From the NCBI GenBank assembly GCA_964016885.1, contig OZ024741.1, positions 272,428,001 through 272,492,000 on the forward strand: a stretch of DNA of 64,000 bases, written 5' to 3'. The position numbers and the translations under genes were made by a program. The notes beneath the pieces were generated by a model that saw only the letters and a list, made by a program, of their open reading frames with translations, was not told where the DNA came from and did no database searches. This document shows, one piece after another, positions 25,640-38,552 of the stretch; the stretch's first letter is position 1, and every line of letters begins with the position of its first letter. The stretch is from Eledone cirrhosa (taxonomy: Eukaryota).

Positions 25640-25642
<3 letters not shown>
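23522..25642. mobile_element. Non-autonomous DNA transposon (hAT/hATm-like termini) interrupted by an RTE LINE
   Basis: Terminal inverted repeats tagggtggccctta (23522) and taagggccacacta (about 25629-25642) differ by one mismatch. About 370 bp remain once the LINE is removed. Confidence 0.55.
23712..25461 (+). mobile_element. RTE-clade LINE, 5'-truncated (copy 3)
   Basis: Open frame from YLAFVDLEKAFDRV to the stop at 24953; 3' UTR with an internal duplication; (GAT)n tail. Confidence 0.95.
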
Positions 25643-25687
<45 letters not shown>

Positions 25688-25909
25688 CTCCTTACTATCC
25701 TTGCATTCATATTTCTCCTCGCTCCTCTTTTCTCATTGTATTTGTATATAAACCAGTACATAATACAAGGAGAAAAGGAGAGCAAGGAGAAAGGGATAAA
25801 AGGAGAGCAAGGAGAGCAATGAGAAAAGAAGATCAATGGGAAAAGGAGAGCAATGAGAAAAGGAGAGCAAGGAGAACAAAGAGATCAATGAGAAAAGGAG
25901 AGCAAGGAG

Positions 25910-26300
25910 AGGTTAAGGCAAATATTGCTCAAGTTATGCTGGAAGCAGACAAAGGTGAAAGAATCAACTGAAGAGGTACATTCTTCCTTTACAAGCATCA
26001 AGTTTTTGTCTTTTCTAACTCCTGGTACAAAAACTTTCTTCACGAGATTTTCTATCAGCACCGATTTTCTCGACAAAGACCCTTCAGTATGGAAGGATGA
26101 TCTGGTTACAAAAGTGGACTTGAAGAACTTGAGAAGACAGCTGTGAATGATGTTGCAGAAAGAGGTGTCAAATGCATTCAGGATTACAATAACATTCTCA
26201 AAAAAGATGAAACTGAGAAACAATTTGTTTTACAGATTGTTACCGAAAATTGAAAAACTTACCCAACTGCCACTAAATCCTCTCTTATGCAAAAATAATG
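25910..26300 (+). pseudogene. Degenerate DNA-transposase C-terminal fragment (hAT-related)
   Basis: TKTFFTRFSISTDFLDKDPSVWKDD, then after a frameshift GYKSGLEELEKTAVNDVAERGVKCIQDYNNILKKDETEKQFVLQIVTEN*KTYP. The VNDxAERGV motif is typical of an invertebrate hAT-like transposase C-terminus (recognised from memory). Confidence 0.6.
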
Positions 26301-26350
26301 TTCAATATTCAGTGTTCTGTGCTCACATTATGTTTTTGATTCTATAGAAA

Positions 26351-26357
<7 letters not shown>

Positions 26358-26384
<27 letters not shown>

Positions 26385-28302
26385 GGTTTAGCGTCCGTGT
26401 TCCACGCTTGCATGGGTTTGGACGGGGGTTTTCCCACTTGAGGTAAGAGTGGTTGTCTTGCTCGCATAGGACTGTCTGGCGGGTTTTCTACAGCTGGATG
26501 CCCTTCCTAACACCAACCACATTTACAGTGTGGGGCTGGGAGGTTTTTACCGTGTTGCCTACATGGCCACATTACAGCGTGGACTGTCTGGCGGGTTTTC
26601 TACAGCTGGATGCCCTTCCTAACACCAACCACATTTACAGTGTGGGGCTGGGAGGTTTTTACCGTGTTGCCTACACGGCCACATTTACAGCGTGGACTGT
26701 GTGTTTTTTTGTCGTGACACCTACACGATCTCATTTGTTTCGGCCTGGATGTTGTGGGACCAACATAACTTTACATTGAAAGGGGTGGTGTGGATGGGGT
26801 GGAGGTGGTGGGACGGGGGTGTGTTTTGATAGAGATGCCTACTGACTGTAGTAGGTTTTTATTTTGTATTTAGGTAAGGCGGGTCTTCTCTATTACTGAG
26901 TACCGCCAAAGGTCTCGGTCCAGTAACATTGTCTTGGAGAGGTGTAAGCGTGTGAGGTCGGAATTTATCATGTCGTCCCAGGTTTTTCTGGGTCTGCCTA
27001 CTCCGTGGCTACCGTCTATCTTTATTGCCCTGCACTTTGTTATACAGCTGTCGTCTTTCATGCGCATCACGTGACCATACCAACGTAGCCTTCTCTCGAG
27101 TAAACAACATCTGATCCCTCTTATTTCTAATTTTTTCCTTAGTTCGTTTATGCTTAGCCGTTCACGTATATTACTATTGCACATCCAGCGGAGCATGCAA
27201 GCTTCGTTCCTCTCTAGTCTGCGTATATCCTCTGCACACAATGCCCAGGTCTCACTGCCATGCAGCATTGCTGTTCGTATGCAGGCATCGTATAACCTGC
27301 CTTTCATTTTTAGGGAGAACCCTTTAGCGGCTAATAGTGGTATAAGCTCTCTGAACTTTTTCCATCCAGTTCTGACTCTAGCTACTGTACTTTCAGAGCA
27401 CCCTCCCCCACTGCTGATTTTGTCACCCAGGTAACGGAAGCTGTCCACTATTTCTATAGAACCCTCTGCGCAATTGAAAGAGCTAGTATTTAGTGGGCAC
27501 TTGCTGCTACTTATTGCACCAGAGCACCGGCCACATGTAAAATCTATGTTCTTAGTTAGCTTACCTATGATCCCACTACATCTTTTATGCACCCATACTT
27601 TGCATTTGGGACATAAAATGGAGTTTCTACCTACGCCTTTTCTACACACTGAGCATGGCCATTTCCCGGAAGGGACCGCCGCCCTATTTTCTTTCCTACA
27701 AACTAGAACTTTAGTCTTAGCCAGGTTAATTTTAAGGCCTTTTGATTCTAGGCCGTGCTTCCATGTTTGGAATTTCTTCTCTAGTTCGGTCATTGATTCA
27801 GCTATGAGCGTTAGATCATCTGCGTATAGGAGTTCCCATGCGCAGCCGGTCTTGAACTCCTCTGTTATAGCCTGAAGGGCAATAATAAATAGTAGGGGGC
27901 TAAGAACAGAGCCCTGATGGATACCACCTTTTACGCTAAACTCTTCACTATATTCGTTGTTAATTCTAACCTTACTGACTGTTTCTTTATACATGGCTTG
28001 TATAGCTCTCACAAGCCATTCGTCAACACCTAGTTTTCTAAGAGACCACCAGATAATGGAACGGGGGACTCTGTCGAAGGCTTTCTCCAAGTCGACAAAA
28101 GCTAAGTATAGGGGTTTACTTTTAGCTAGGTACTTCTCCTGTAGTTGTCGTACAATGAAAAGAGCGTCTGTGGTACTTTTGCCTGACACAAACCCGAACT
28201 GCATTTCATCTAGATCAATTCTCTCTCTGATTAGTTGCGCTATTACTTTTTCCGTGACCTTCATGACCTGGTCGATTAATTTAATGCCTCTATAGTTACT
28301 CC
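26358..28302 (-). mobile_element. RTE-clade LINE, 5'-truncated (copy 4)
   Basis: ORF 26870-28264 (RT and C-terminus), duplicated 3' UTR, (GAT)n tail. Confidence 0.95.
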
Positions 28303-29353
28303 CCTGGAGGGAAATTAGCTAACCAGTGTAGAAAGGCCCTGAGAAAGACCCACTTAAAAATAAAGGTGGTAGAAAAGCCAGGAACCACCATAAAATCCCT
28401 GATCAGCAAAACCTACCCTTTTAAGAAAACCCACTGTACCAATAGGAAATGTATCATATGTAAGGTGAACCCCCGGATAAACTGTAAAACTAGAAACGTA
28501 GTCTATAGCATAAGATGTACAGAGGGTACTTGCAGAAACATGACAACAACATACATAGGCGAAACAGCTCGTAGCATAGGTGAAAGGATAGACCAACACT
28601 GGGGGAACTAAAAGGACGAAAAAACGGGTCAGTACTATACGAACATGCTAGACAACAACATGACGGTAACATAGACAACATAGAAATTAGAATAATATCT
28701 AAACATAGGAATGACCCACCAGATAGGCAAATCAGAGAGGCCAGTGAAATAGAAATTAGAAGACCAAAGCTAAACAGAAAGAATGAGTGGAACAACAACA
28801 CCCAAACAAACAACACTGACCTAAGAGAAGTATAAATAAGTAAATAAAATAAAATAAAATAAGATAAATAAATACATACACAAGCACAATAACAACAAGC
28901 ACATAAACACACACTAGTCACCCAGCAGACACAACACTATACACACTAGTCACACAGCAAACATAACACTATACACACATGCAAACGCATGCGCAAAGAA
29001 GACAAAATAAAATAAACAAACAAGCAAATAAATAAATAAATATATAGACAGACTGAATAAAAAAAAAATGGCGTCGACATACAACACAACAGGAGGAAAA
29101 AATATAACACCACTGACGATGTTGCAGATGTGCAACGAAAGATTTATGTAAATTATGTAAACTATATATATGTGTTTGTGTCTATATTGTATCTGTATTA
29201 TTTTTGACCATCGGTCAGTCAATGGCAACATTGAGGACCGATTAAGTTAGATCGCAGATATAAAAGACAGCGAGAAGCGAAAACCAACCAAACAGTGAGT
29301 GTGTTCTGTTATTAATTCTGGCAATATTACACAAATATGACCCTCCCCAAGTA

Positions 29354-29357
<4 letters not shown>
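28300..29357 (+). mobile_element. Penelope-like element family A, 3' fragment (GIY-YIG and pLTR)
   Basis: KVVEKPG...HCTNRKCIICK...CKTRNVVYSIRC...YIGETARSIGERIDQH, then a frameshift. The pLTR matches 141-441. It is related to the 55-56 kb element. Confidence 0.88.
29108..29150 (+). ncRNA. Minimal hammerhead motif (PLE family A pLTR)
   Basis: CTGACGA at 29113, stem II gttgca/tgcaac, GAAA at 29137, then gatt-TA. Stem I is partly decayed. Confidence 0.6.
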
Positions 29358-29412
<55 letters not shown>

Positions 29413-29587
29413 CTGCTCTGTAAAACAACCGATGTTATTACATTGAGCTATTTATCTTACTGGTAATAAGATAGTAATTAATGACTATCTTTCACTATTT
29501 AAGGTTTGTATAAAAAATATATTACCATAAAAGGTTTTATTACATACATAACCATAAATAGTATCCGTAATACTATATATATATATA

Positions 29588-32500
29588 TCTTATCTTATCT
29601 TATCTTACGTTTAACGTCCGTGTTCCACGCTTGCATGGGTTTGGACGGGGGTAGTCCCACTTGAGGCAAGAGTGATTGTCTTGCTCGCATAGGACTGTCT
29701 GGCAGGTTTTCTACAGTTGGATGCCCTTCCTAACACCAACCACATTTACAGTGTGGGTCTGGGAGGTTTTTACCGTGTTGCCTACACGGCCACATTACAG
29801 CGTGGACTGTGTGTTTTTTTGTCGTGACACCTACACGATCTCATTTGTTTCGGCCTCGATGGCGCGGCACCAACATAACTTTACATAGAACGGGGTGGTG
29901 TGGATGGGGTGGGGCGGGGGTGGTGGGACGGGGTGTATTTTGTTAGAGATGCCTACTGGCTGGAGTAGGTTTTACTATATATTTAGGTAAGGCGGGTCTT
30001 CTCTGTTACTGAGTACCGCCAAAGGTCTCGGTCCAGTGACATTGTCTTGGAGAGGTGTAAGTGTGTGATGTCGGAGTTTATCAGCTCGTCCCAGGTTTTT
30101 CTAGGTCTGCCTATTCCGTGACTACCGTCTATCTTTATTGCCCTGCACTTTGTTATACAGCTATCGACTTTCATGCGCATCACGTGTCCATACCAACGTA
30201 GCCTTCTCTCGAGTAAACAACATCTGATCCCTCTTATCTCTAATTTTTTCCTTAGTTCGTTTATGCTTTGCCGTTCACGTATATTACTGTTACACATCCA
30301 GCGGAGCATGCAAGCTTCGTTCCTCTCTAGTCTGCGTATATCCTCTGCACACAATGCCCAGGTCTCACTGCCATGCAGCATTGCTGTTCGTATGCAGGCA
30401 TCGTACAACCTGCCTTTCATTTTTAGTGAGAACCCTTTAGCAGCTAATAGTGGTATAAGCTCTCTGAACTTTTTCCAACCAGTTCTGACTCTAGCTACAG
30501 TACTTTCAGAGCACCCTCCCCCACTGCTGATTTTATCGCCCAGGTAACGGAAGCTGTCCACTATTTCTATAGAACCCTCTGCGCAATTGAAAGAGCTAGT
30601 AGTTTGTGGGCACTTGCTGCTACTTATTGCACCAGAGCACCGGCCACATGTAAAATCTATGTTCTTAGTTAGCTTACCTGTGATCCCACTACATCTTTTA
30701 TGCACCCATACTTTGCATTTAGGACATAAAATGGAGTTTCTACCTACGCCTTTCCTACACACCGAGCACGACCATTTCCCAGAAGGGACCGCCGCCTTGT
30801 TTTCTTTCCTACAAACTAGTACTTTGGTCTTAGCCAGGTTAATTTTAAGTCCTTTTGACTCTAGGCCGTGCTTCCATGTTTGGAATTTCTTCTCTAGCTC
30901 GGCCATTGATTCCGCTATGAGTGTCAGGTCGTCTGCGTATAGGAGTTCCCATGGGCAGCCTGTCTTGAACTCCTCTGTTATAGCCTGAAGGGCAATAATA
31001 AATAGTAGTGGGCTGAGAACAGAGCCCTGATGGACGCCAACTTTTACGCTAAACTCTTCGCTATATTCGTTGTTAATTCTAACCTTGCTGACTGTTTCTT
31101 TATACATGGCTTGTATAGCCCTCACAAGCCATTCGTCAACGCCTAGTTTTCTAAGAGCCCACCAGATAATGGAGCAGGGGACTCTGTCGAAGGCTTTCTC
31201 CAAGTCGACAAAAGCTAAGTAGAGGGGTTTACCTTTAGCTAGGTATTTCTCCTGTAGTTGTCGTACTATGAAAAGAGCGTCTGTGGTACTTTTGCCTGAC
31301 ACAAACCCGAACTGCATTTCATCTAGGTCAATTCTCTCTCTGATTAGTTGCGCTATTACTTTTTCCGTGACCTTCATGACCTGGTCGATTAATTTAATGC
31401 CTCTATAGTTACTCCTATCTAGGGCGTCTCCTTTACCCTTATAACAGTTAACGATGATGCTGCTATGCCAGTCCTTCGGAACAACCCCATTCTGTACGAC
31501 TTGGTTAACTATGCGGGTGACCATGGTGTGTCCCACCGTGCCAGATGCATTCAGCATCTCAGCAACTATTTCCGAAGGCCCAGCCGCCTTACCCGTCTTC
31601 ATATCCTTGATTGCCTTACTTATTATACTCCCCTCGACTAACACTGCTGGTCCCTCTATTGGGTCGATATGGGGGAGACTGCCTTTCTCCCAATTATTCT
31701 CCTCATTTAGTAGCCTTTCATAGTGACACTTCCAAGCTACCTTCTTATCAGCGTCGGTGATGGCAAGTGTGCCATCGTCGTTTAGTACACACTTCTCCCC
31801 GACAATATCACGGTTTTCCTTGACGCATTGCCTAGCAATCCTGAACACCTCACGTTTTTGGTCATCGCGTTGTAGAACATGCTTGAACTTTCTTTCCTCA
31901 GCTTCCCTTCTTGCTAAGTACACTTGTCTCCTAGCTTCCCTCCTGGCCACTTGATAGTCCTCTCTACTTCCCCCATCCCGCCATACTTTCCAAGCCTGCT
32001 TTTTGGCCTTAATTGACCCCTCCACCTTACTGTTCCACCACCATGTTACTCTCCTCCTGCCTACAGGCCTGCTCCAGCCACAGACTTCGTCTGTCGCCAA
32101 CAGCAGGTTTGCTTTCAGAAATTCCCACTCTCCCTCTATATTGTCCGACTCTAAATGTTCTTCCTTACTGTCGAAAGCATCAAGTAATATGCTTTTAAAT
32201 TTATTCCTGGCTGTGGGGTCCTTTAGCTTCCATATTTTCCTCCTGAGGATAGTCCTCTTCTGTTGTCGAGTACGTCTCGTCCTGACTATGAGGTCGCTAA
32301 TTATCAGTCTATGTTGGGAGGTGCATTCTTCATGGGGGAGGGATTTAGTGTTTACAACAGACACTCTGTCACGTCTTCTGGTAAGGATATAATCTACCTG
32401 GCTTGTGTGTTCCCCGGATCTATAGGTGATCAGGTGATTGTCACGTTTTTTGAAGTTAGTGTTACAGATAGTTAGGTTATTTGCATCACAGAATTCCAGG

Positions 32501-32956
32501 ATTCTGGAGCCTTCCTCATTTCTAGTACCAAACCCATAGCCTCCATGGATTTCGTCGTAGCCGTCACAATGTTGTCCAACGTGACCATTTAGGTCGCCTG
32601 CGATAATTATATAGTCACTGTCGGATATTTGGGAGGTAGTTAGCATCAGTGTCTCATAGAATCTGTCTTTTATAGTGCCGGGCAGTCCGGATTGGGGTGC
32701 GTACGCAAATATTACTGTCACCGTAGTTCTATTGAGGACAAGTCGTATTTTAATTATTCTGTCGTTCACTCTATTTACGTCTATTATCTTATCTGCCCAC
32801 TTTTCTGCTACCATGATTCCTACTCCACCCAGCCCATCGTCGTTTCCCACCCAGAAAAGCTTATAACATCGTTTTTTACCCTCAATGAACCTAGCAGACC
32901 CACCCCTCCACCTGGTCTCTTGAATACAACAAACATCGACCTCCTTACGTTCAAGC

Positions 32957-32963
<7 letters not shown>
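29588..32963 (-). mobile_element. RTE-clade LINE with uninterrupted APE-RT ORF, lacking only the extreme 5' end (copy 5)
   Basis: About 990 codons are open from EMLERKEVDVCCIQE to the stop at 29983. The first 29 residues of the 1021-aa track ORF come from flanking (TA)n. The tail is (TAAGA)4. Confidence 0.96.
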
Positions 32964-33017
<54 letters not shown>

Positions 33018-34009
33018 TAGTGCAAGGAAACAACAAATAGAGGTACAAAAAGTCTTATTAGTTTCACGCTTTATATGGAAAAAAATATATATAAAGTTAA
33101 AATGAAAGTGTTAAAACACAGAAATATATTTACATATTCTTTTTTTCTTTAATCTGACAGAATATATATTTCTATATTTGTTTTTATTTCAGTTTTATCA
33201 GATAGATAACATGAGGGTGCCGGCTTCTCCCTCTCTTTGTTACACACAGACATACACACACACACATACATACACACACATACATTCACACAAACATACA
33301 TACATTCACACAAACATACATACATACACACACAGTCTCTCTCTCTAAACAAACATGTTCCTTTCCTCTCTCTCTCTCTCTCTATGTATGTACATATCTC
33401 TAGCTTGGTGCTCCCCCTCTATAAAGTGATCAAGATGACAGAAAGATAGACAGCCCGACAATGCTCTTATAATATAAATTACTGGTTTGTGGGTTGTTAA
33501 ATATATGATTATTATGTGTGTGTGTATGTATGTATGTGTATGTGTGTGTGTGTGTAGCGAGCGCGTGTGTGTGTGTGTGTATATCTGTCTGAACCTACCT
33601 ACGAATGTAGTTATGTAGGTAGGCCTCTAGCTGTCTCTCTCTCTCTATCTGTCTTTATGTCTGTCTATCCATCTGTCTCTCTCTCTTTCTGTTTATCTAT
33701 CTGTCTCTCTCCACTTTCTCCCCCCCCCCTCTATCTGACAACCTACAAATCTATCTGTCTGTCTCTCACTCACCACTCTCCTCTCTCAACCTACATATCT
33801 ATCTAGCTTTCTCTCAGTCTGTCCCTACAAATATCCCATCTGACCATATAAAATGGAGCCCCCTCTTCATTCTACAATAAAACCTTCAATGAAGGGCCAG
33901 GTCCCTCATTGAAGGTTACGTGTCCATACTAAACCTGTCTATCAGCTAGCTGTACTGTTGACAGTATTTCCTACACCATATGTCTCTTTGTGTAGTGATG
34001 AGAACAAGA

Positions 34010-36622
34010 GTAACAACAACAACAACACCACCACCAATAGCAACAAGACCGCCACCACCACCACTAACAACAACAACAACAACAGCAGCACCACCACCAC
34101 AAACCACTGCCACCAACAGCATTAACAAAACCACCAATACTACCACCACCTCCACAACCGCTAATACCACCTCTACCACCACTACAACCAATACCGCCAC
34201 CACCACCACTCATCACCATCCATCACCACTACAACCAACCAATACCACCACCACCACCACAACCAACATCACCACCACTAACACCACTACCACCACTCAT
34301 CACCATCCATCACCACTACAACCAACCAATACCACCACCAACATCACCACCACCACCACAACCAACATCACCACCACCACCACCACCACCACCACCACTC
34401 ATCACCATCCATCACCACTACAACCAACCAATACCACCACCAACATCACCACCACCACCACAACCAACATCACCACCACCACCACCACCACCACCACCAC
34501 TCATCACCATCCATCACCACTACAACCAACCAATACCACCACCAACATCACCACCACCACCACAACCAACATCACCACCACCACCACCACCACCACCACC
34601 ACTCATCACCATCCATCACCACTACAACCAACCAATACCACCACCACCACCACCACCAACATCACCACCACTACTACCACTCATCACCATCCATCACCGT
34701 CACCAACAACCTCACCACCACACACCACACACCAACACAACTACCACCACTACGAACCACCAGCAATAACAACAAGAACATCACCACAAACACCACCAAC
34801 ACCACCACCATCAATACAACTACCACCACCACCGCCAATAACAACACCACCATTAATACAACTACCACCACCACCACTGCCACCAACCACCACCATTAAT
34901 ACAACTACCACCACCACCAACCATCACCACCATTAATACAACTACCACCACCACCACCACTGCCAACAACCACCACCAACCACCACCATTAATACAACCA
35001 CCACCACCACTGCCACCAACCACCACCATTAGTACAACTACCACCACCAACCACCACCATTAATGCAATCACCACCACCACTGCCACCAACCACCACCAC
35101 CACCACTGCCACCAACCACCACCATTAGTACAACTACCACCACCACTGCCACCAACCACCACCATTAATACAACTACCACTGCCACCAACCACCACCATT
35201 AGTACAACTGCCACCAGCCACCACCATTAATACAACCACCACCACCACTGCCACCAACCACCACCATTAATACAACTACCACCACCACCAACCACCACCA
35301 CCACCACCAACCACCACCATTAATACAACTACCACCACCACTGCCACCAACCACCACCACTGCCACCGCCACCAACCACCACCACTGCCACCAACCACCA
35401 CCACCACCACTGCCACCAACCACCACCATTAGTACAACTACCACCACCACTGCCACCAACCACCACCATTAATACAACTACCACTGCCACCAACCACCAC
35501 CATTAGTACAACTGCCACCAGCCACCACCATTAATACAACCACCACCACCACTGCCACCAACCACCACCCTTAATACAACTACCACCACCACCAACAACC
35601 ACCACCATTAATACAACTACCACCACCATTAGTACAACTACCACCACCACTGCCACCAACCACCACGATTAATACAACCACCACCACCACTGCCACCAAC
35701 CACCACCATTAATACAACTACCACCACCACCACCACCAACCACCACCATTAATACAACTACCACCACCACCAACCACCACCACTGCCACTAACCACCACC
35801 ATTAATACAACCACCACCACCACTGCCACCAACCACCACCATTAATGCAACTACCACCACTGCCACCAACCACCACCACCACTGCCACCAACCACCACCA
35901 TTAATGCAACTACCACCACTGCCACCAACCACCACCACCACCACCAACCACCACCATTAATACAACTACCACCACCACCACCACCACCAACCACCACCAT
36001 TAATACAACTACCACCACCACCACCAACCACCACCATTAATACAACTACCACCACCACCACCACCACCACCACCATTAATACAACCACCACCACCACCAC
36101 CAACCACCACCATTAATACAACTACCACCACCACCACCACCACCAACCACCAACCACCAACCACCACCATTAATACAACCACCACCACCAACCACCACCA
36201 TTAATACAACTACCACCACCACCACCACCACCATTAATACAACCACCACCACCACCACCACCATTAATACAACCACCACCACCACCACCAACCACCACCA
36301 TTAATACAACTACCACCACCACCACCACCACCAACCACCACCATTAATACAACTACCACCACCACCACCACTGCCACCAACCACCACTATTAATACAACT
36401 ACCACCACCACCACCACCACCACCAACCACCACCATTAATACAACTACCACCACCACCACCATTAATACAACTACCACCACCACCACCACCACCACCACC
36501 ACCACCACCACCACCACTGCCACCAACCACCACCATTAATACAACTACCACCACCACCACCAACCACCACCACTGCCAACAACACCACCAACACCAACAA
36601 CACCAACAACACCCCACCACCA
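34010..36622. repeat. 2.6-kb (ACC)n-based compound minisatellite
   Basis: Higher-order units such as actcatcaccatccatcaccactacaaccaaccaat and ccaccattaatacaacta are embedded in (CAC)n. Confidence 0.95.
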
Positions 36623-36764
36623 GCTATGTAACTGCTATTAGTTACCAATCATCACCACCATCAATCAGCTCAGTTAGTTGATCACTTTATTGATTTTTGT
36701 ATTGATCTGATGGTTTACTTATCATGTCTGTACATGTGTTACCAATATGGCAGTCCCTTAAATC

Positions 36765-36851
36765 AAACATACATATATATATACATACTCACATATATAC
36801 ATATATGCATACATACAAATATACATATATATACATATATATATATATATT

Positions 36852-36918
<67 letters not shown>

Positions 36919-36985
36919 GTACATATATATATATATATACGTATATATATATATATATATATATACAAATATACATATATATACA

Positions 36986-37076
<91 letters not shown>

Positions 37077-37121
37077 GTACATATATATATATATATGTAC
37101 ATATATATATATATATACGTA

Positions 37122-37201
<80 letters not shown>
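36765..37201. repeat. Long imperfect (TA)n microsatellite
   Basis: Seen directly; a similar tract lies at 37845-38060. Confidence 0.95.
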
Positions 37202-37202
<1 letters not shown>

Positions 37203-37509
37203 GGGGTAACAAATTATTGTTATATGTAGTCCACTTAGGTGTAGTCCAGTTATGGTACTCCGGGTAGTGGATGATATCAAGGCTTGGCTAAGTTTGACTC
37301 AACAAGGCGTTTCCATACTGATGCTGCTAGTACGCAGCATCAGTATGCAAGCTCCGATGAACTGACTGGTTATAACTTTGTATTGGCGATCGAGTAACGT
37401 GAAAATAAGCGGATAGCGATCTCTAGACCTACCAGTTCAGAGAAACAATTGTCAGCAATGAGATTAAAAACCTTTTTTGTATAGCAAACCGTGTCACTCT
37501 TCTTTCCTG

Positions 37510-37604
<95 letters not shown>

Positions 37605-37845
37605 TAGATAAATATACACGGGGTGTGTATGATTGTGTATAGAAGATTATATTAATAAAAGGAATTCCAACTTTGTCTGATTTACTCATTTTATTTACAA
37701 TCCTTTAAAATTTATAATGGTATTAAAATGAAATAGTATGGTAGAGTATTAAATGTTAAGTGTTGATTGAACAAGTACTTTCATGCTTTCGCAATCTTCA
37801 GGTTCATAATGTGTGGTGACAGTCAAGTTTGCAATTTTCAACTAC

Positions 37846-37917
<72 letters not shown>

Positions 37918-38227
37918 TCATATATATATGTATGTATACATATTTATATATATATAAAACATATATATATATATATAAAACATATATATATATTTATATA
38001 TTATATATATATATTATATATATATATACAATATATATATATAATATATATATATATATACATAAATACATTTATACAAACACATACATACATCCACACA
38101 CATATACATGCACACACATACACCCTCCCTCTTATAATCCCCACCCTCTCAATCTCTCATCTTCCACTTTCATAATTTCTCTTCCTCCATCCCTACCCCT
38201 TCTCATAATTCCCCATGTCCTCTGAGG

Positions 38228-38552
38228 TAACACTAACACTAATATTATCACTAACCCTAATACTAGCTCTAACCCTAAGACTAACACTAACACTAGCTCT
38301 AACCCTAACACTAGCTCTAACCCTAACACTAACACTAACACTAGCTCTAACCCTAACACTAACACATACTATCACTAACACTAGCTCTAACCCTAACACT
38401 AACACTAATACTATCACTAACACTAGCTCTAAGCCTAACACTAGCTCTAACACTAACACTATCACTAACACTAGCTCTAAGCCTAACACTAGCTCTAACT
38501 CTAACACTACCACTAGCTCTAACCCTAACACTAACACTAATACTATCACTAA
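38228..38552. repeat. Hexamer-based minisatellite (CACTAA/CCCTAA/CTCTAA/CACTAG), continuing at 41611-41685
   Basis: The same ctaacactagctctaacc units occur on both sides of the CR1-like LINE. Confidence 0.85.

Noticed and set aside
33980-34936. 318-aa mucin-like Thr/Pro ORF
   Set aside because: It is a translation of an (ACC)n minisatellite, with no non-repetitive domain or convincing splice context.
36710-37280. Overlapping Tyr/Ile-repeat ORFs, and similar ones throughout the window
   Set aside because: Stop-free translations of (TA)n and related microsatellites.
37313-37346. 14-bp-stem hairpin catactgatgctgc/gcagcatcagtatg
   Set aside because: It is isolated, the CTGATGC is not a valid core, and no GAAA/stem arrangement follows.
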